Of a DNA stretch of 41,986 bases, positions 1 through 9,383 are shown one piece after another. The position numbers were made by a program, and so were the translations under genes. Positions within the stretch are counted from its first letter, which is position 1. Every line of letters begins with the position of its first letter. This DNA comes from an uncultured bacterium (GTDB lineage: Bacteria; Desulfobacterota; Dissulfuribacteria; Dissulfuribacterales; UBA3076): assembly GCA_965539945.1 (NCBI GenBank), contig CBETWD010000003.1, forward strand, positions 1-41,986. Reading direction: 5' to 3'. The notes below the pieces were generated by a model. It was given only the letters and a program-made list of their open reading frames with translations, was not told the origin of the DNA and ran no database searches.

Positions 1-2
1 AT

Positions 3-419
3 AACACCATCGATTTGCTGCTGACAAAATACATGAAAGCCTATATCAGTTATGAAGGCCTTCAGCGGGTGGAACGGTATCTTTTCCCCGCACCGGCATT
101 GCGGGAAGCCCTGCTCAATGCCGTCGTGCACAAGGACTACAGCAGTGGCAATCCCGTACAGATCAGCGTTTACGAAGATAAAATTATTTTCTGGAATGCG
201 GGACGACTGCCGGATGAGTTGTCGATAAAATTATTACAGAAAAAACATCCTTCCATTCCTTACAATCCGCTCATCGCCTCCGCATTTTTCCGGACTGGCT
301 ATATCGAAGCTTGGGGTCGGGGAATAGAAAAGATAAACAATGAGTGCAAGGTGGCCGGTGTTCCTGCCCCGGAGATCAGTTATAAATTTGCAGGGTTGAT
401 GCTTCAACGCTCATCATAA
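3..419 (+). pseudogene. C-terminal part of an ATP-binding transcriptional regulator (HATPase_c_4 / RecG C-terminal domain); runs off the left edge and appears truncated at its 3' end
   Basis: ALREALLNAVVHKDY, WNAGRLP, PYNPLIASAF and IEAWGRGIEKI are typical of this family. The frame is open from base 3. The usual C-terminal HTH is absent and the stop falls inside the IS21-like repeats. Confidence 0.75.
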
Positions 420-451
420 CTGACCTTTTGTGCTCATCATAACTGACCCAC
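400..451. mobile_element. IS21-family-like terminal repeat remnant
   Basis: TCAACG followed by two exact copies of GCTCATCATAACTGACC (409-425 and 432-448, 23-bp period), matching the repeated transposase-binding sites of IS21 ends. No istA/istB in the window. Confidence 0.6.
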
Positions 452-559
452 ATAATGCACATCAGTTTTCTGGCTCATCCATATTTCTTCCACTATCATC
501 CCTGCAATGTTACAATCCTATTCGACCTGTATTATAATTAAAAGTTACGGTGAAACGTC

Positions 560-853
560 ATGAACACAGCATTTGAAAGTATTAAACAGGGACTGACAGA
601 AGCTATTGATTTTGCCCAAGGGAAAACAAGCAAGGCTGTCGTACATGAATTTTCCCCTATAGATGTGAAGGCCATTCGGGAAAAAATCGGCATGAGTCAA
701 TCAGAATTTGCTTCAGCTTTTGGTATTAGCTTGGGCACACTTCGTCATTGGGAACGTGGGGATAGAAAGCCACGTGGACCAGCACTTGTATTATTAAATG
801 TAGTAGAAAAAGAACCAAGGGTAGTATTAAAAGCTTTGTCAGCAAGTACATGA
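560..853 (+). CDS. XRE-family HTH antitoxin (HigA-2/NadS-like), orphan
   Basis: AFESIKQGLTEAI N-terminus, HTH segment IREKIGMSQSEFA, and TLRHWERGDRKPRGPA. Confidence 0.85.
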   Translation: MNTAFESIKQGLTEAIDFAQGKTSKAVVHEFSPIDVKAIREKIGMSQSEFASAFGISLGTLRHWERGDRKPRGPALVLLNVVEKEPRVVLKALSAST

Positions 854-1173
854 GCTAATCGGGAGGTTTTGCTCCTCTCCTCCCCAGTTGAGGATGATCC
901 CTTTCTATGGAGGTGACGGGGTTACCGCTTCTGCAAGTGGTATGGGCTGCCAAGCCCGAAGAATTAGAAGAGGGTTAGAAGTATCTGTAAGTTCATTCAG
1001 AAGCAGCTCCCCACTTTAAAGTTGAAGGTTCAGTTTGCCATTTGTCTTCCCTTTCACCTGCGAGATAAGCTCGCATTTCATTCCGGAAGCCATAGCCGGC
1101 ACCACAATGCGCTTAACATGAATAAGAAGTCATTCGTCATCGGACTCTCTTATCGAAGATCAGCCGAAGTCAA

Positions 1174-4100
1174 TTAGCCATTACCGGTCCCCGAGTTACT
1201 CTTTGGAAAATTGCTTAAGTCTCCCGGGGCCGACACGCCGCAGATCAGGCCTGAAACCGGTAAGTGGATGAACCCGCCCAGGCACCTCTTGCCGGTTGCT
1301 CTAGCTATGGCCTGGATGTAGGCCTGAAGTTGCCCGGCATAGCCTTGGGCGTGTTCCACGGCCTGCTTACGATCACCGGGGAAGGCCTTGTGGTCGATCA
1401 CTGCAAACCCGTCGTCTGTCATGACAACCAGATCGGCAAATCCGCGCATCACAGTTCCTCCGGGCAAGCGATGAAAAATGGGCCACTCCGGATGCATCTC
1501 GGCCCCAGGCCAGCGTTGTCCGAGCCAGGCATGCAGGGCGTCGTTGGCTGCCACCATCTCTTCGGGTTTGAGGGCCTGCGGGATATGCCAACGGTTCAGC
1601 ACCTGCCGGGCCAAAGTAAGGCGCTCATTACGGTCCCAGGTAGTGCGGTCCGCGGCCAGGAAGGTGTGCAGGACCTCACCCAGTTCCAGCGGTTCGGCTT
1701 GGCCCGTCAGGGTCATCCTGGGTCCCAGCTCTATCTCCTCGGTAATAACTCCCAGTCCTTCTGCGGACGAGGGTGAAACAAAGGCCGGAGGATACTCTCT
1801 TGGTCCTGATGCCTGGTAATCGGAACCAGGCGAGTCCTTTACCTCGGAGGGAAGTGCCGGCTCCAATTCGCGGATCACGCAGTCCAGCTTGATGCCCGCC
1901 CAATTTACCGCCCCATCCCTGGGTTCGTTGAGCAACGGCTGAGCCTGCTCGCTTAAAAGGGCCAAGAGCCCGTTGCCAAATTTGTTGGGTGGACCGGCCA
2001 AAATAAGACGATCTCTTGCCCTTGTCCAACCCACGTACAACAGTCTTAACTCCTGCTGCTTTTCACGCTCATTCCGGTACAGGTAATTTTCGCTGGACAA
2101 TATGCGATCGCGGAATGGTATATTGTTTTTGCTCTTACCGTACGGGTAAGGCCGGTAGCGCACCCAGCGGTCGGCAAGAGGAGCGCTGACATCAAAGCCA
2201 TCCTCTCTGCCCATGACCACCACCCCGTCAATCCTGGCTTCGTAAGTCTTGTCCAGTTGGTGTAATACTGTAATCGGCCATTCCAGGCCCTTTGCAGCAT
2301 GCCAGGTGGAAATCGTCACTGCGTCGCGCCCCGGGTCCAGCCCCTGGCTGTCGGCTCCTTCAGACTGCAAATCAGCCAGGTAGTCAACCAACCCCGCTGT
2401 TGTGACACCGGCTCCTTCTGCCGAGGCCGAGTTTGCATAGACATGGCAATGACCACGCAACGCCTCCAGATTGGCAAGTCGGGCCTCGGTTTTGCCCCAG
2501 GCATGGCAGTAGTCTCTGACACCAGTGGCCTCAATCACCATATCCAGAGCGGTCACAGGTCCTGATGTAGGATTTTCGCTGGCCAACCTTTGCAGGTCAG
2601 CTACTTGGGGTAACGAGAAAAAGCATTCTGCGGATTTTGATTGGAGCAAAGCGGACAGCCATTTATCGGGCTGGTCGGAGTAGTGGATGAGCCTTGCAAT
2701 TTCGGAAGCTGCCAAGGTGTCCTTAGGATCAACCCAGAGCTTGAGACCGGCAAGAACCACCAAACCTTCCGGCATGGACATAAGACCGGGACGGGCGATC
2801 TGGGCCTGTATGCCGTGACATACCAAATAATCCGTCACCAGTTGACAGACGTCATTATTACGGCACAAAATGCCCACGTCTTGAGCACGGGCTTGACGCG
2901 TTGCCTTTGTGGTTTGATCACGTACCTTTACCGTCTTGTCATCCAGGAATTCCGCTACGCCTACAGCCACGGCGGAAGCCTGAGTATCTTTACTCTGCCG
3001 GCGGTCTCCGCTGCCAAGCACCCATCGCTCTAAAACAGGTCCCAGGTCCGGGTCGTCATCATCATGGGCAGGCTCCAAACGTACCAGATCTTCCCGGATG
3101 CCGTAGGCTGAAAATGCACGAGAAAATACCTCGGAGGTCAGCCTCACAAGAAATGGCCTGCTACGCCACGACCGATTAAGCGTTTCGACATTGTCACCCT
3201 TTGTCATGGCTTTCAAACAGGCATCCATGAGTGCCGAATCGGTCCCCCTGAAGGCATATATGGATTGCTTCTGGTCACCAACCCATACGGCCCTGCCGCA
3301 GGCTTCTGCCAGCTTGAGGAATATGGCCAGTTGGATGGGGCTGGTATCCTGGAATTCGTCAACCAGCAGAAGGTCCGATTCCTGGGAAAGGCGATCTATG
3401 ACTTTCGGGCGATTGAGCAGATCAAGGGCCAATGATTCCTGGTCCGCAAAGTCCATGGCCCCTCGCTGGCGCTTGTATTCCTGGTAATCCTCCAGGCCCT
3501 GGATCGCTAAATCGAAAACCAGTTCAATGGCCCTGCGCATGTCGTGGCGGAGACCAGGGTGGTTATCATGCGCGTGCCCGGCCGCTCGCACTTGGTTTAG
3601 CAAATCGTCGGATTTCTTGCCGGCCCTCAGTGTGCTGAGCTTTACCCAATTCGCCCACGTAAGATCCTGCCCCCCTTGCATTGTGTTGAGTAACTGTCCG
3701 GCAATGGACACAGTTTTATCTGTTGTTTTGGTGGTGTCGGCATCTTGGTCAACGTTGTTTAGAAAGGACTGGAGTGCGTCCTCCAATTGCGATTCAAGAG
3801 TTTTTTTGTCCTTTACCCGATCTCCGAAATGGCTGAGACAGGCATCCACACTGCGTACCCGGCAATCAGAGAGATCTTCCGGCCCCAAGCCGTTAGACCG
3901 GGCGGCTTCGACCAGGTTGCGCACAGCTCCCATCCAGTCGAATTCTACGAACCGCCGTTTAAGACCGGCGAGTTCTTTTTGAGTTTCCACAGTCAAGGTC
4001 GCATCAAGTGATCGCCCCAATTGCAGGCGTGATTGCTCTTCGTCCAGTATGGTTATGTCTGGAAATAACCCAAGATCAAAGGCAAAATCCTTGAGGATAC

Positions 4101-4350
4101 TGCCGCATACCGAATTCACCGTGCCCATGCGTGCAGCAGCAAGGCGCTGGGCTTCTTCAACAAGGCCTTTGGACAACAGAAGCCGGCGCACCCTTTCCTG
4201 CAACTCAGCCGCTGCCTTGTTCGTGAAAGTCGTGGCTATGATTCCCTCCGGCCGCACACGGCCGGAGGCCACATCTTGATATATTTCTTGGGCCAGGCGA
4301 TAGGTCTTGCCGCTACCGGCACTGGCAGAGATTATGTGGATATCAGCCAT
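1174..4350 (-). CDS. UvrD/AddA-like SF1 helicase with C-terminal PD-(D/E)XK nuclease
   Basis: ASAGSGKT Walker A, TFTNKAAAEL, LLVDEFQDTS, VGDQKQSIYAFRG, TWHAAKGLEW, LYVGWTRARD; nuclease motif GFADLV...VIDHK and QLQAY. Confidence 0.92.
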   Translation of the reverse strand: MADIHIISASAGSGKTYRLAQEIYQDVASGRVRPEGIIATTFTNKAAAELQERVRRLLLSKGLVEEAQRLAAARMGTVNSVCGSILKDFAFDLGLFPDITILDEEQSRLQLGRSLDATLTVETQKELAGLKRRFVEFDWMGAVRNLVEAARSNGLGPEDLSDCRVRSVDACLSHFGDRVKDKKTLESQLEDALQSFLNNVDQDADTTKTTDKTVSIAGQLLNTMQGGQDLTWANWVKLSTLRAGKKSDDLLNQVRAAGHAHDNHPGLRHDMRRAIELVFDLAIQGLEDYQEYKRQRGAMDFADQESLALDLLNRPKVIDRLSQESDLLLVDEFQDTSPIQLAIFLKLAEACGRAVWVGDQKQSIYAFRGTDSALMDACLKAMTKGDNVETLNRSWRSRPFLVRLTSEVFSRAFSAYGIREDLVRLEPAHDDDDPDLGPVLERWVLGSGDRRQSKDTQASAVAVGVAEFLDDKTVKVRDQTTKATRQARAQDVGILCRNNDVCQLVTDYLVCHGIQAQIARPGLMSMPEGLVVLAGLKLWVDPKDTLAASEIARLIHYSDQPDKWLSALLQSKSAECFFSLPQVADLQRLASENPTSGPVTALDMVIEATGVRDYCHAWGKTEARLANLEALRGHCHVYANSASAEGAGVTTAGLVDYLADLQSEGADSQGLDPGRDAVTISTWHAAKGLEWPITVLHQLDKTYEARIDGVVVMGREDGFDVSAPLADRWVRYRPYPYGKSKNNIPFRDRILSSENYLYRNEREKQQELRLLYVGWTRARDRLILAGPPNKFGNGLLALLSEQAQPLLNEPRDGAVNWAGIKLDCVIRELEPALPSEVKDSPGSDYQASGPREYPPAFVSPSSAEGLGVITEEIELGPRMTLTGQAEPLELGEVLHTFLAADRTTWDRNERLTLARQVLNRWHIPQALKPEEMVAANDALHAWLGQRWPGAEMHPEWPIFHRLPGGTVMRGFADLVVMTDDGFAVIDHKAFPGDRKQAVEHAQGYAGQLQAYIQAIARATGKRCLGGFIHLPVSGLICGVSAPGDLSNFPKSNSGTGNG

Positions 4351-4353
4351 GGC

Positions 4354-6921
4354 TCAACCTCCCAGCGCCACACCACAGAGCACTGCGTAATCACAGAAGC
4401 TGCATGAAGGATTCATGATCAATCCCTCTTCACTCAAGCAGCTTTCGCTCGGGCAGTCTTGGCCCGCGCCTGGGGCACGGATCTCACCGTTTGACAGCTC
4501 TCCGCGCCTTTGTTTTACCGCATCAACTATTCCTTTCCAGGTATCGACCAAATCGGTTCCTTCAATTACGTCCGCATGAGAAAACACGCCGGCACTCGCT
4601 GTAATCAGACGCGCCTCCTGTAGAATAAAGACGCCCGCAGGTGGAAAATTTCCCTTTTTGGTCGCACCGGCCAGCAAACGTCCATAACAAGCGAGTTGAA
4701 CAGCACTCCCTTTTGCTATGCGATTACTCCAATAGGTTGCCCCGCTTCGCTTAAAGTCCACCACCGCTTGGCCGGCCACCAAGTCCGGTCGGCCCGTGAG
4801 CCTGATCCCCAGTTCGGGAACTTCTGTTTCATGATCCTTTTCCATGGCTGTGGGCGCCAATCCAGCATCGCTTAGAAGCCTGACAATATGCCTGGCCGTG
4901 GTGACAAGCGCTCTACGGGTATCGGCCAGAGCTGCCTTAGAGCCCGGCTGGAACAAAGGCGCAGCCAATCGGGGACCTTGCTGCTCGAATAGCCGTCCAG
5001 CTTCGACAGCCGCCTGATCGGGTCCCAAGGGCCATCTACGAAAAACTCGGTATATCAATTCGTGTATAAGAGATCCTTCCAACACCGCACCAGAGGACAA
5101 GGCTTCGGTCCCGCCGGGCCATACTCCGCACAGGTAGGCCACCACCCAACGGAAAGGGCACGAAATCAACTTTTCCAGACTGCTTGCCGATTCGCTGTCC
5201 CTGTGGCGGATGGCAGCCGGGGGTGCCTTCCAGGTTTCCAGCTTACCCGGCACTGTAGTGGCTATTCTACCGTGCTTTTGGGGCGTATCCTTCAACACGG
5301 TGTTCTCCAAAAGCTTTGTACCATTCGAGGCCCGGGCGGACACCTCGTCCCATAGCGGGTGGGGGAACAGATTTTCTCCGTCTATGCCGGTGGCAGGACA
5401 TATAGCTATGAAAGTCTCAGCAGCCATGAACAAAGGCCTGCGCCAACGCTCGGCAAGCCAAATCGCCTCATCACCCGGGTCCTGGATTTGCACTCCCTCC
5501 CTGGAAAGTCCTTTTCGTTCTTCGATGGTAAGTGGTATTGAGACAGGACGCGGTGCTGATTCGCGTGTAAAACCCCACCAGATAACCCTGGGTGCAGGAC
5601 TCACCACGCATCCAGGTGCGTCCACAACCGTTGGTCCGGCTTGAGCTTCCATAAGGGGAGGCAGGGATATTTCACTCGTTGCATCCTGCACTGCTCGTCT
5701 GATTTGGGCTGCGCTTAATTCTCCGAGACCCGAAAGATCGACCAGGCGTGTGAGGTTTTCCAGTTGCCTGAGCACCGCCTGCCATGCCAAGCGTTCAGCA
5801 GGTCCTGTTGTGCTCAAACGGCCTCGGGCCCAATCCATGAGTATGCGGACACGGCGGTGAACCTCTTCAACCGGGTAGTTGCCACGGCTGACCGGCGAGG
5901 AAAAGATCACCTTAAGACGGTCCTCGACAGGCCCGCGCCTGCCCTGATCCTGTAAGTCATCCAGGCCTGTTGCCAGAGTTTCGCGCCATATGTCGGAATC
6001 CACCGCCGGCCAAGTTTGCATGGCCCTTGCCAGGCGATTTGCTATTCCACGTGGCACAGGACTGATAGTGAGTGTCAACAACTCCAGAGCGCGCTGCGGG
6101 TTTGGAGGATGCCAAGCCATTTCCAATACCAAAGGCAGCACCTGCAACAACGTGTTGTCACCCGTAGCGCCGGAGTGACCACTGGTAGGCAGGCCAAACC
6201 GCCTTAGGGCATGATCAAGCGCTGGATCCGGTCCAATAATCACTGTGCCTTCCAACGAATCCCGATCGGAAAGCCAGGCCGCCACCTCATGGGCCGCACC
6301 CAATGGACCGGCCGGCCGCAGAAGTTGAAGGGTGCCGTCACCACTAAGGGAAAAGCCTTCTTTGCGTGACTGTGCCAAGTCACCGTTGCTTTGGGACTCA
6401 ACAAGAGAGAGCGGCCTGACTATGGTGCCTTGTTTTTCAAGGCCGTCCAGCACGAACCGCCAGATCAGAGGTAACTGTTCCCGATCTTCGACATGGTTGA
6501 TTAAAGAAATGCCCGCCCGGCGGGTCTCCAAGGATTTGGAAACATCTTCAAGACGATCAGGGAAGCCGGATAGCACATTTGCCGTTACTTTACTTAGCTC
6601 TGTCAGCCGTCTGCTCACAGCCTGGCCACGCCAGCCTTGGAGCCGCAGACAATCGCGCCAGGTGAGCACCTTTCGGGCCGTGCCAAAGGGGTCCACATTC
6701 GCTGAATCGCTCCAGAAGGCGTCCATTGCTCGCAAAGCGGGTAGCAGGGCCGCTGCACGTACAGAGTCAGGATCTGCCGGGTAGCGCAGACCCAGGGCGG
6801 TCTCCAGCAAAGACAGGAAACCATGCTGGCCCAACCAAATTTCGCCGACAACTGCTTCCTTGTTTCTTAGTGGACCGGGCCAGCACCCTTGATCAAAATC
6901 AATGCCAAAGGTTATTTGCAT
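4354..6921 (-). CDS. AddB-like PD-(D/E)XK nuclease with probable Fe-S cysteines
   Basis: SASSLEKLISCPFRW, GRPDL...VVDFK, QLACY and C-terminal CSFCDYAVLC. Ends 3 bp before the helicase start. Confidence 0.85.
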   Translation of the reverse strand: MQITFGIDFDQGCWPGPLRNKEAVVGEIWLGQHGFLSLLETALGLRYPADPDSVRAAALLPALRAMDAFWSDSANVDPFGTARKVLTWRDCLRLQGWRGQAVSRRLTELSKVTANVLSGFPDRLEDVSKSLETRRAGISLINHVEDREQLPLIWRFVLDGLEKQGTIVRPLSLVESQSNGDLAQSRKEGFSLSGDGTLQLLRPAGPLGAAHEVAAWLSDRDSLEGTVIIGPDPALDHALRRFGLPTSGHSGATGDNTLLQVLPLVLEMAWHPPNPQRALELLTLTISPVPRGIANRLARAMQTWPAVDSDIWRETLATGLDDLQDQGRRGPVEDRLKVIFSSPVSRGNYPVEEVHRRVRILMDWARGRLSTTGPAERLAWQAVLRQLENLTRLVDLSGLGELSAAQIRRAVQDATSEISLPPLMEAQAGPTVVDAPGCVVSPAPRVIWWGFTRESAPRPVSIPLTIEERKGLSREGVQIQDPGDEAIWLAERWRRPLFMAAETFIAICPATGIDGENLFPHPLWDEVSARASNGTKLLENTVLKDTPQKHGRIATTVPGKLETWKAPPAAIRHRDSESASSLEKLISCPFRWVVAYLCGVWPGGTEALSSGAVLEGSLIHELIYRVFRRWPLGPDQAAVEAGRLFEQQGPRLAAPLFQPGSKAALADTRRALVTTARHIVRLLSDAGLAPTAMEKDHETEVPELGIRLTGRPDLVAGQAVVDFKRSGATYWSNRIAKGSAVQLACYGRLLAGATKKGNFPPAGVFILQEARLITASAGVFSHADVIEGTDLVDTWKGIVDAVKQRRGELSNGEIRAPGAGQDCPSESCLSEEGLIMNPSCSFCDYAVLCGVALGG

Positions 6922-6959
6922 AAGCCTACTCCCTTCATTTTAGGTCAGAAACAGCGCCC

Positions 6960-8153
6960 CTATTCCCGCACTTTAGCGCATGGAATCAATCCTTTTTCCC
7001 GCGTCAAAAGGATAAAAAACAAGATCCCGGCCGTCATTATCGTTGCCCCTAAGGAAAACGCGCTCCTGAGACCACAATAATCCATTATAATACCGGCAAA
7101 AAAAGAACCGAGCATCATTCCCAGACTGTGCCCCACTGTCAAAAGTCCCATGATTGACCCCATGGATTCGTTTTCATTACCTTTTATCACAGACAGCGCC
7201 ATCACCGGCGGTGTTGATAATCCGCCTCCCACTCCAAAAAGAATGTCCGCGATAATGATATCCCAGAATCCCTCTGCCCATGAAAATGAATATGTTGCAT
7301 ATGCGATTATCAGACAGCCGGATATAATCATGTACCTTTTGTTTAGCTTGTCAGCCAGTAAGCCCATCGGGACCTGCAGCATACCGCTTATACATACTCC
7401 GAGCATGACAAGAATCCCGATCAAAGAACTTGAAAACCCGAATTCTGAATCCGCGTAAACAGGCAGGAAACACCATATGATTCCAATGCAGATTATATAG
7501 GAAAACCGGACGATGAACAGCCCTGCTATAACCCTGTCCCTTAATAGCCTGGTAATCGACACCGGAGCCTTATCCTTCCAGACAATCCTTTCCGAACTAA
7601 CAGGCGGCAGTAAGAAAAAGCTTAAAAAGCAGCCTGCAGCCGCAAAAATCCCCATGGCCGCAAAAGCTGAATTCAGGCTGAATTTGTCATTGATCACTCC
7701 GCCTGCCAGAGGGCCAATACTCAGGCCCAGAAACATTGACAGGTTAAAAAGACCCATATAAAAGCCCTCTTTCCCTTCAGGCGTGATATCTCCGATATAG
7801 GCCTGTGCAACCGGCATGATCATGGCAGACGCAATACCCTGTAAAAATCGTACGACAATCAATGAATTGACATCGGCTGAAAACATGAATGCAATGGAAA
7901 CCAATGTATAGCCAAGCAGGCCTGCGACAATAAACGGCTTACGCCCTTTTTTGTCTGAAATCCTGCCGAAATACGGAAGGAGAAATGTTCGTGAAAGGGA
8001 AAATGCGCCGAAGATCAGACTGATATACAGACCGCTGGCTCCAAGATCATGGGCATACACCGGCAGAAGCGGGACTACTATCCCCACGCCTGTAACAGAC
8101 GTAAAAATGGAAAAGAAAATAGTAGCAAATATTTTTTTGTCAGATGAATTCAT
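6960..8153 (-). CDS. MFS transporter (DHA1-like)
   Basis: About 12 hydrophobic segments, motif A GRISDKKGRK, and RFLQGIASAM. Confidence 0.92.
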   Translation of the reverse strand: MNSSDKKIFATIFFSIFTSVTGVGIVVPLLPVYAHDLGASGLYISLIFGAFSLSRTFLLPYFGRISDKKGRKPFIVAGLLGYTLVSIAFMFSADVNSLIVVRFLQGIASAMIMPVAQAYIGDITPEGKEGFYMGLFNLSMFLGLSIGPLAGGVINDKFSLNSAFAAMGIFAAAGCFLSFFLLPPVSSERIVWKDKAPVSITRLLRDRVIAGLFIVRFSYIICIGIIWCFLPVYADSEFGFSSSLIGILVMLGVCISGMLQVPMGLLADKLNKRYMIISGCLIIAYATYSFSWAEGFWDIIIADILFGVGGGLSTPPVMALSVIKGNENESMGSIMGLLTVGHSLGMMLGSFFAGIIMDYCGLRSAFSLGATIMTAGILFFILLTREKGLIPCAKVRE

Positions 8154-8253
8154 ATGGAAGAGGAAAAGGGAAAGCCATTTCCTAATCCTTCTATCCGATT
8201 GGACTTGAGCTTTTCAGGATTCTTGATGCACCTCGTAGCGGTCAAGTTCCCAT

Positions 8254-8619
8254 TTATTCATGGGTTCTTACCGCTATGGCAGTGATGGTTCGATCTTCGT
8301 CGAATCGACTGCCAATATTGATCTCGGTATCCATTTGGGTGGTAAACCTCTTTTCGATGATCAGCGCATTCGCTCCTCGGGAGGCTGCCTCTTTTTGCAT
8401 CATCTGAAGCAATTGAGCCCAGGGATGGTTAAAATCGCCATCGGCAGTGACCCACCCGATCTCCTCGTATTTTATATCCGTGGGCGGGGTCGTATATATT
8501 TTCACCGGACCTTGGTAGGGTGGATAAACTTTTCCGGTGGGAGCAAAATTCACCCTTGCACAGCCACAGAAAATAAGGCTGACCAATATCAATACAAATA
8601 CCGCTTTTCCCCTTTTCAT
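8254..8619 (-). CDS. Lipoprotein with YbjQ-like/heavy-metal-binding-type fold
   Basis: Signal peptide with lipobox FCGC; YEEIGWV and KEAASRGANALI; GGAGG RBS upstream. Confidence 0.7.
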   Translation of the reverse strand: MKRGKAVFVLILVSLIFCGCARVNFAPTGKVYPPYQGPVKIYTTPPTDIKYEEIGWVTADGDFNHPWAQLLQMMQKEAASRGANALIIEKRFTTQMDTEINIGSRFDEDRTITAIAVRTHE

Positions 8620-8715
8620 CTTTACCTCCTTTCAGCCCGATGACACTAAGTTGTGGTCTATCTTCCTGCTTATCATTTATCACGTTCTCAGCTACTTTAC
8701 CATAATTAAGGCAAG

Positions 8716-8749
8716 TTTAATCCACAGATTTCGCAGATTACACCGATTA
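8716..8749. repeat. 9-bp tandem repeat (CACAGATTT/CGCAGATTA/CACCGATTA) overlapping the rnhA stop
   Basis: TCCACAGATTTCGCAGATTACACCGATTA; the final TTA (8747-8749) is the rnhA stop codon on the minus strand. Confidence 0.75.
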
Positions 8750-9226
8750 CTCTAATCTGCCTGTTCTGTCCTCTTCCAGACCTCCTGCCTGGCCTTCGGA
8801 AATGGCTTCCCTGGCCAGTTGATCAGCCAGTTCATTTTCCTCGTGTCCGGCATGACCCTTGGTCCATTCCCAGTGAACCTTGTGAAATTGACACAAAGAG
8901 TCAAGTGCCTGCCATAGATCCTTGTTTTTAACAGGCTTTTTGGCGGCAGTCTGCCACCCTCTGCGCTTCCATGCAGTTATCCACTCGGTTATACCCTGTT
9001 TTACGTATTTGGAGTCGGTGGTGATAATCACATCGCAGGCCCTTTTAAGGGCCTCAAGGGCCCGTATTGCTGCCAAGAGTTCCATCCGGTTGTTTGTGGT
9101 GTTTTTTGACCAGCCCTTGATGCACTTTCTTTGTTTGTCATACTGCAACATTGCCCCCCACCCACCGGGCCCAGGGTTTCCGGAGCAGGCACCATCAGTG
9201 AATATATGGACTATAATTGGCATCAT
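8747..9226 (-). CDS. rnhA: Ribonuclease HI
   Basis: [51 protein letters not shown]. Confidence 0.97.
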   Translation of the reverse strand: MMPIIVHIFTDGACSGNPGPGGWGAMLQYDKQRKCIKGWSKNTTNNRMELLAAIRALEALKRACDVIITTDSKYVKQGITEWITAWKRRGWQTAAKKPVKNKDLWQALDSLCQFHKVHWEWTKGHAGHEENELADQLAREAISEGQAGGLEEDRTGRLE

Positions 9227-9375
9227 TCATTCACCAGTTTACACTTTCTTCAAAAAAACGCGCACTATCGAATTGAATGCCGAGGTCGAAACTGGAAATT
9301 CGAAATTCGAAATTAGGTAACGCATTTAAATCTTTATATTTTTCCCAATTTCAAATTTCAAATTTCAAATTTCGC
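9214..9375. repeat. Intergenic element with inverted GAAATTC/AATTTCA heptamer arms; partial second copy at 38111-38183
   Basis: GTCGAAACTGGAAATTCGAAATTCGAAATTAGGTAACGCAT is identical at both loci, and TTCATTCACC(A/G)GTTTACACTTT is also shared. Confidence 0.85.
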
Positions 9376-9383
9376 TATTAAAA

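Noticed and set aside
854-1173. Intergenic stretch between the antitoxin and the helicase; possible attC or gene remnant
   Set aside because: No convincing R''/R' palindrome and no recognisable translation in the frames I checked.
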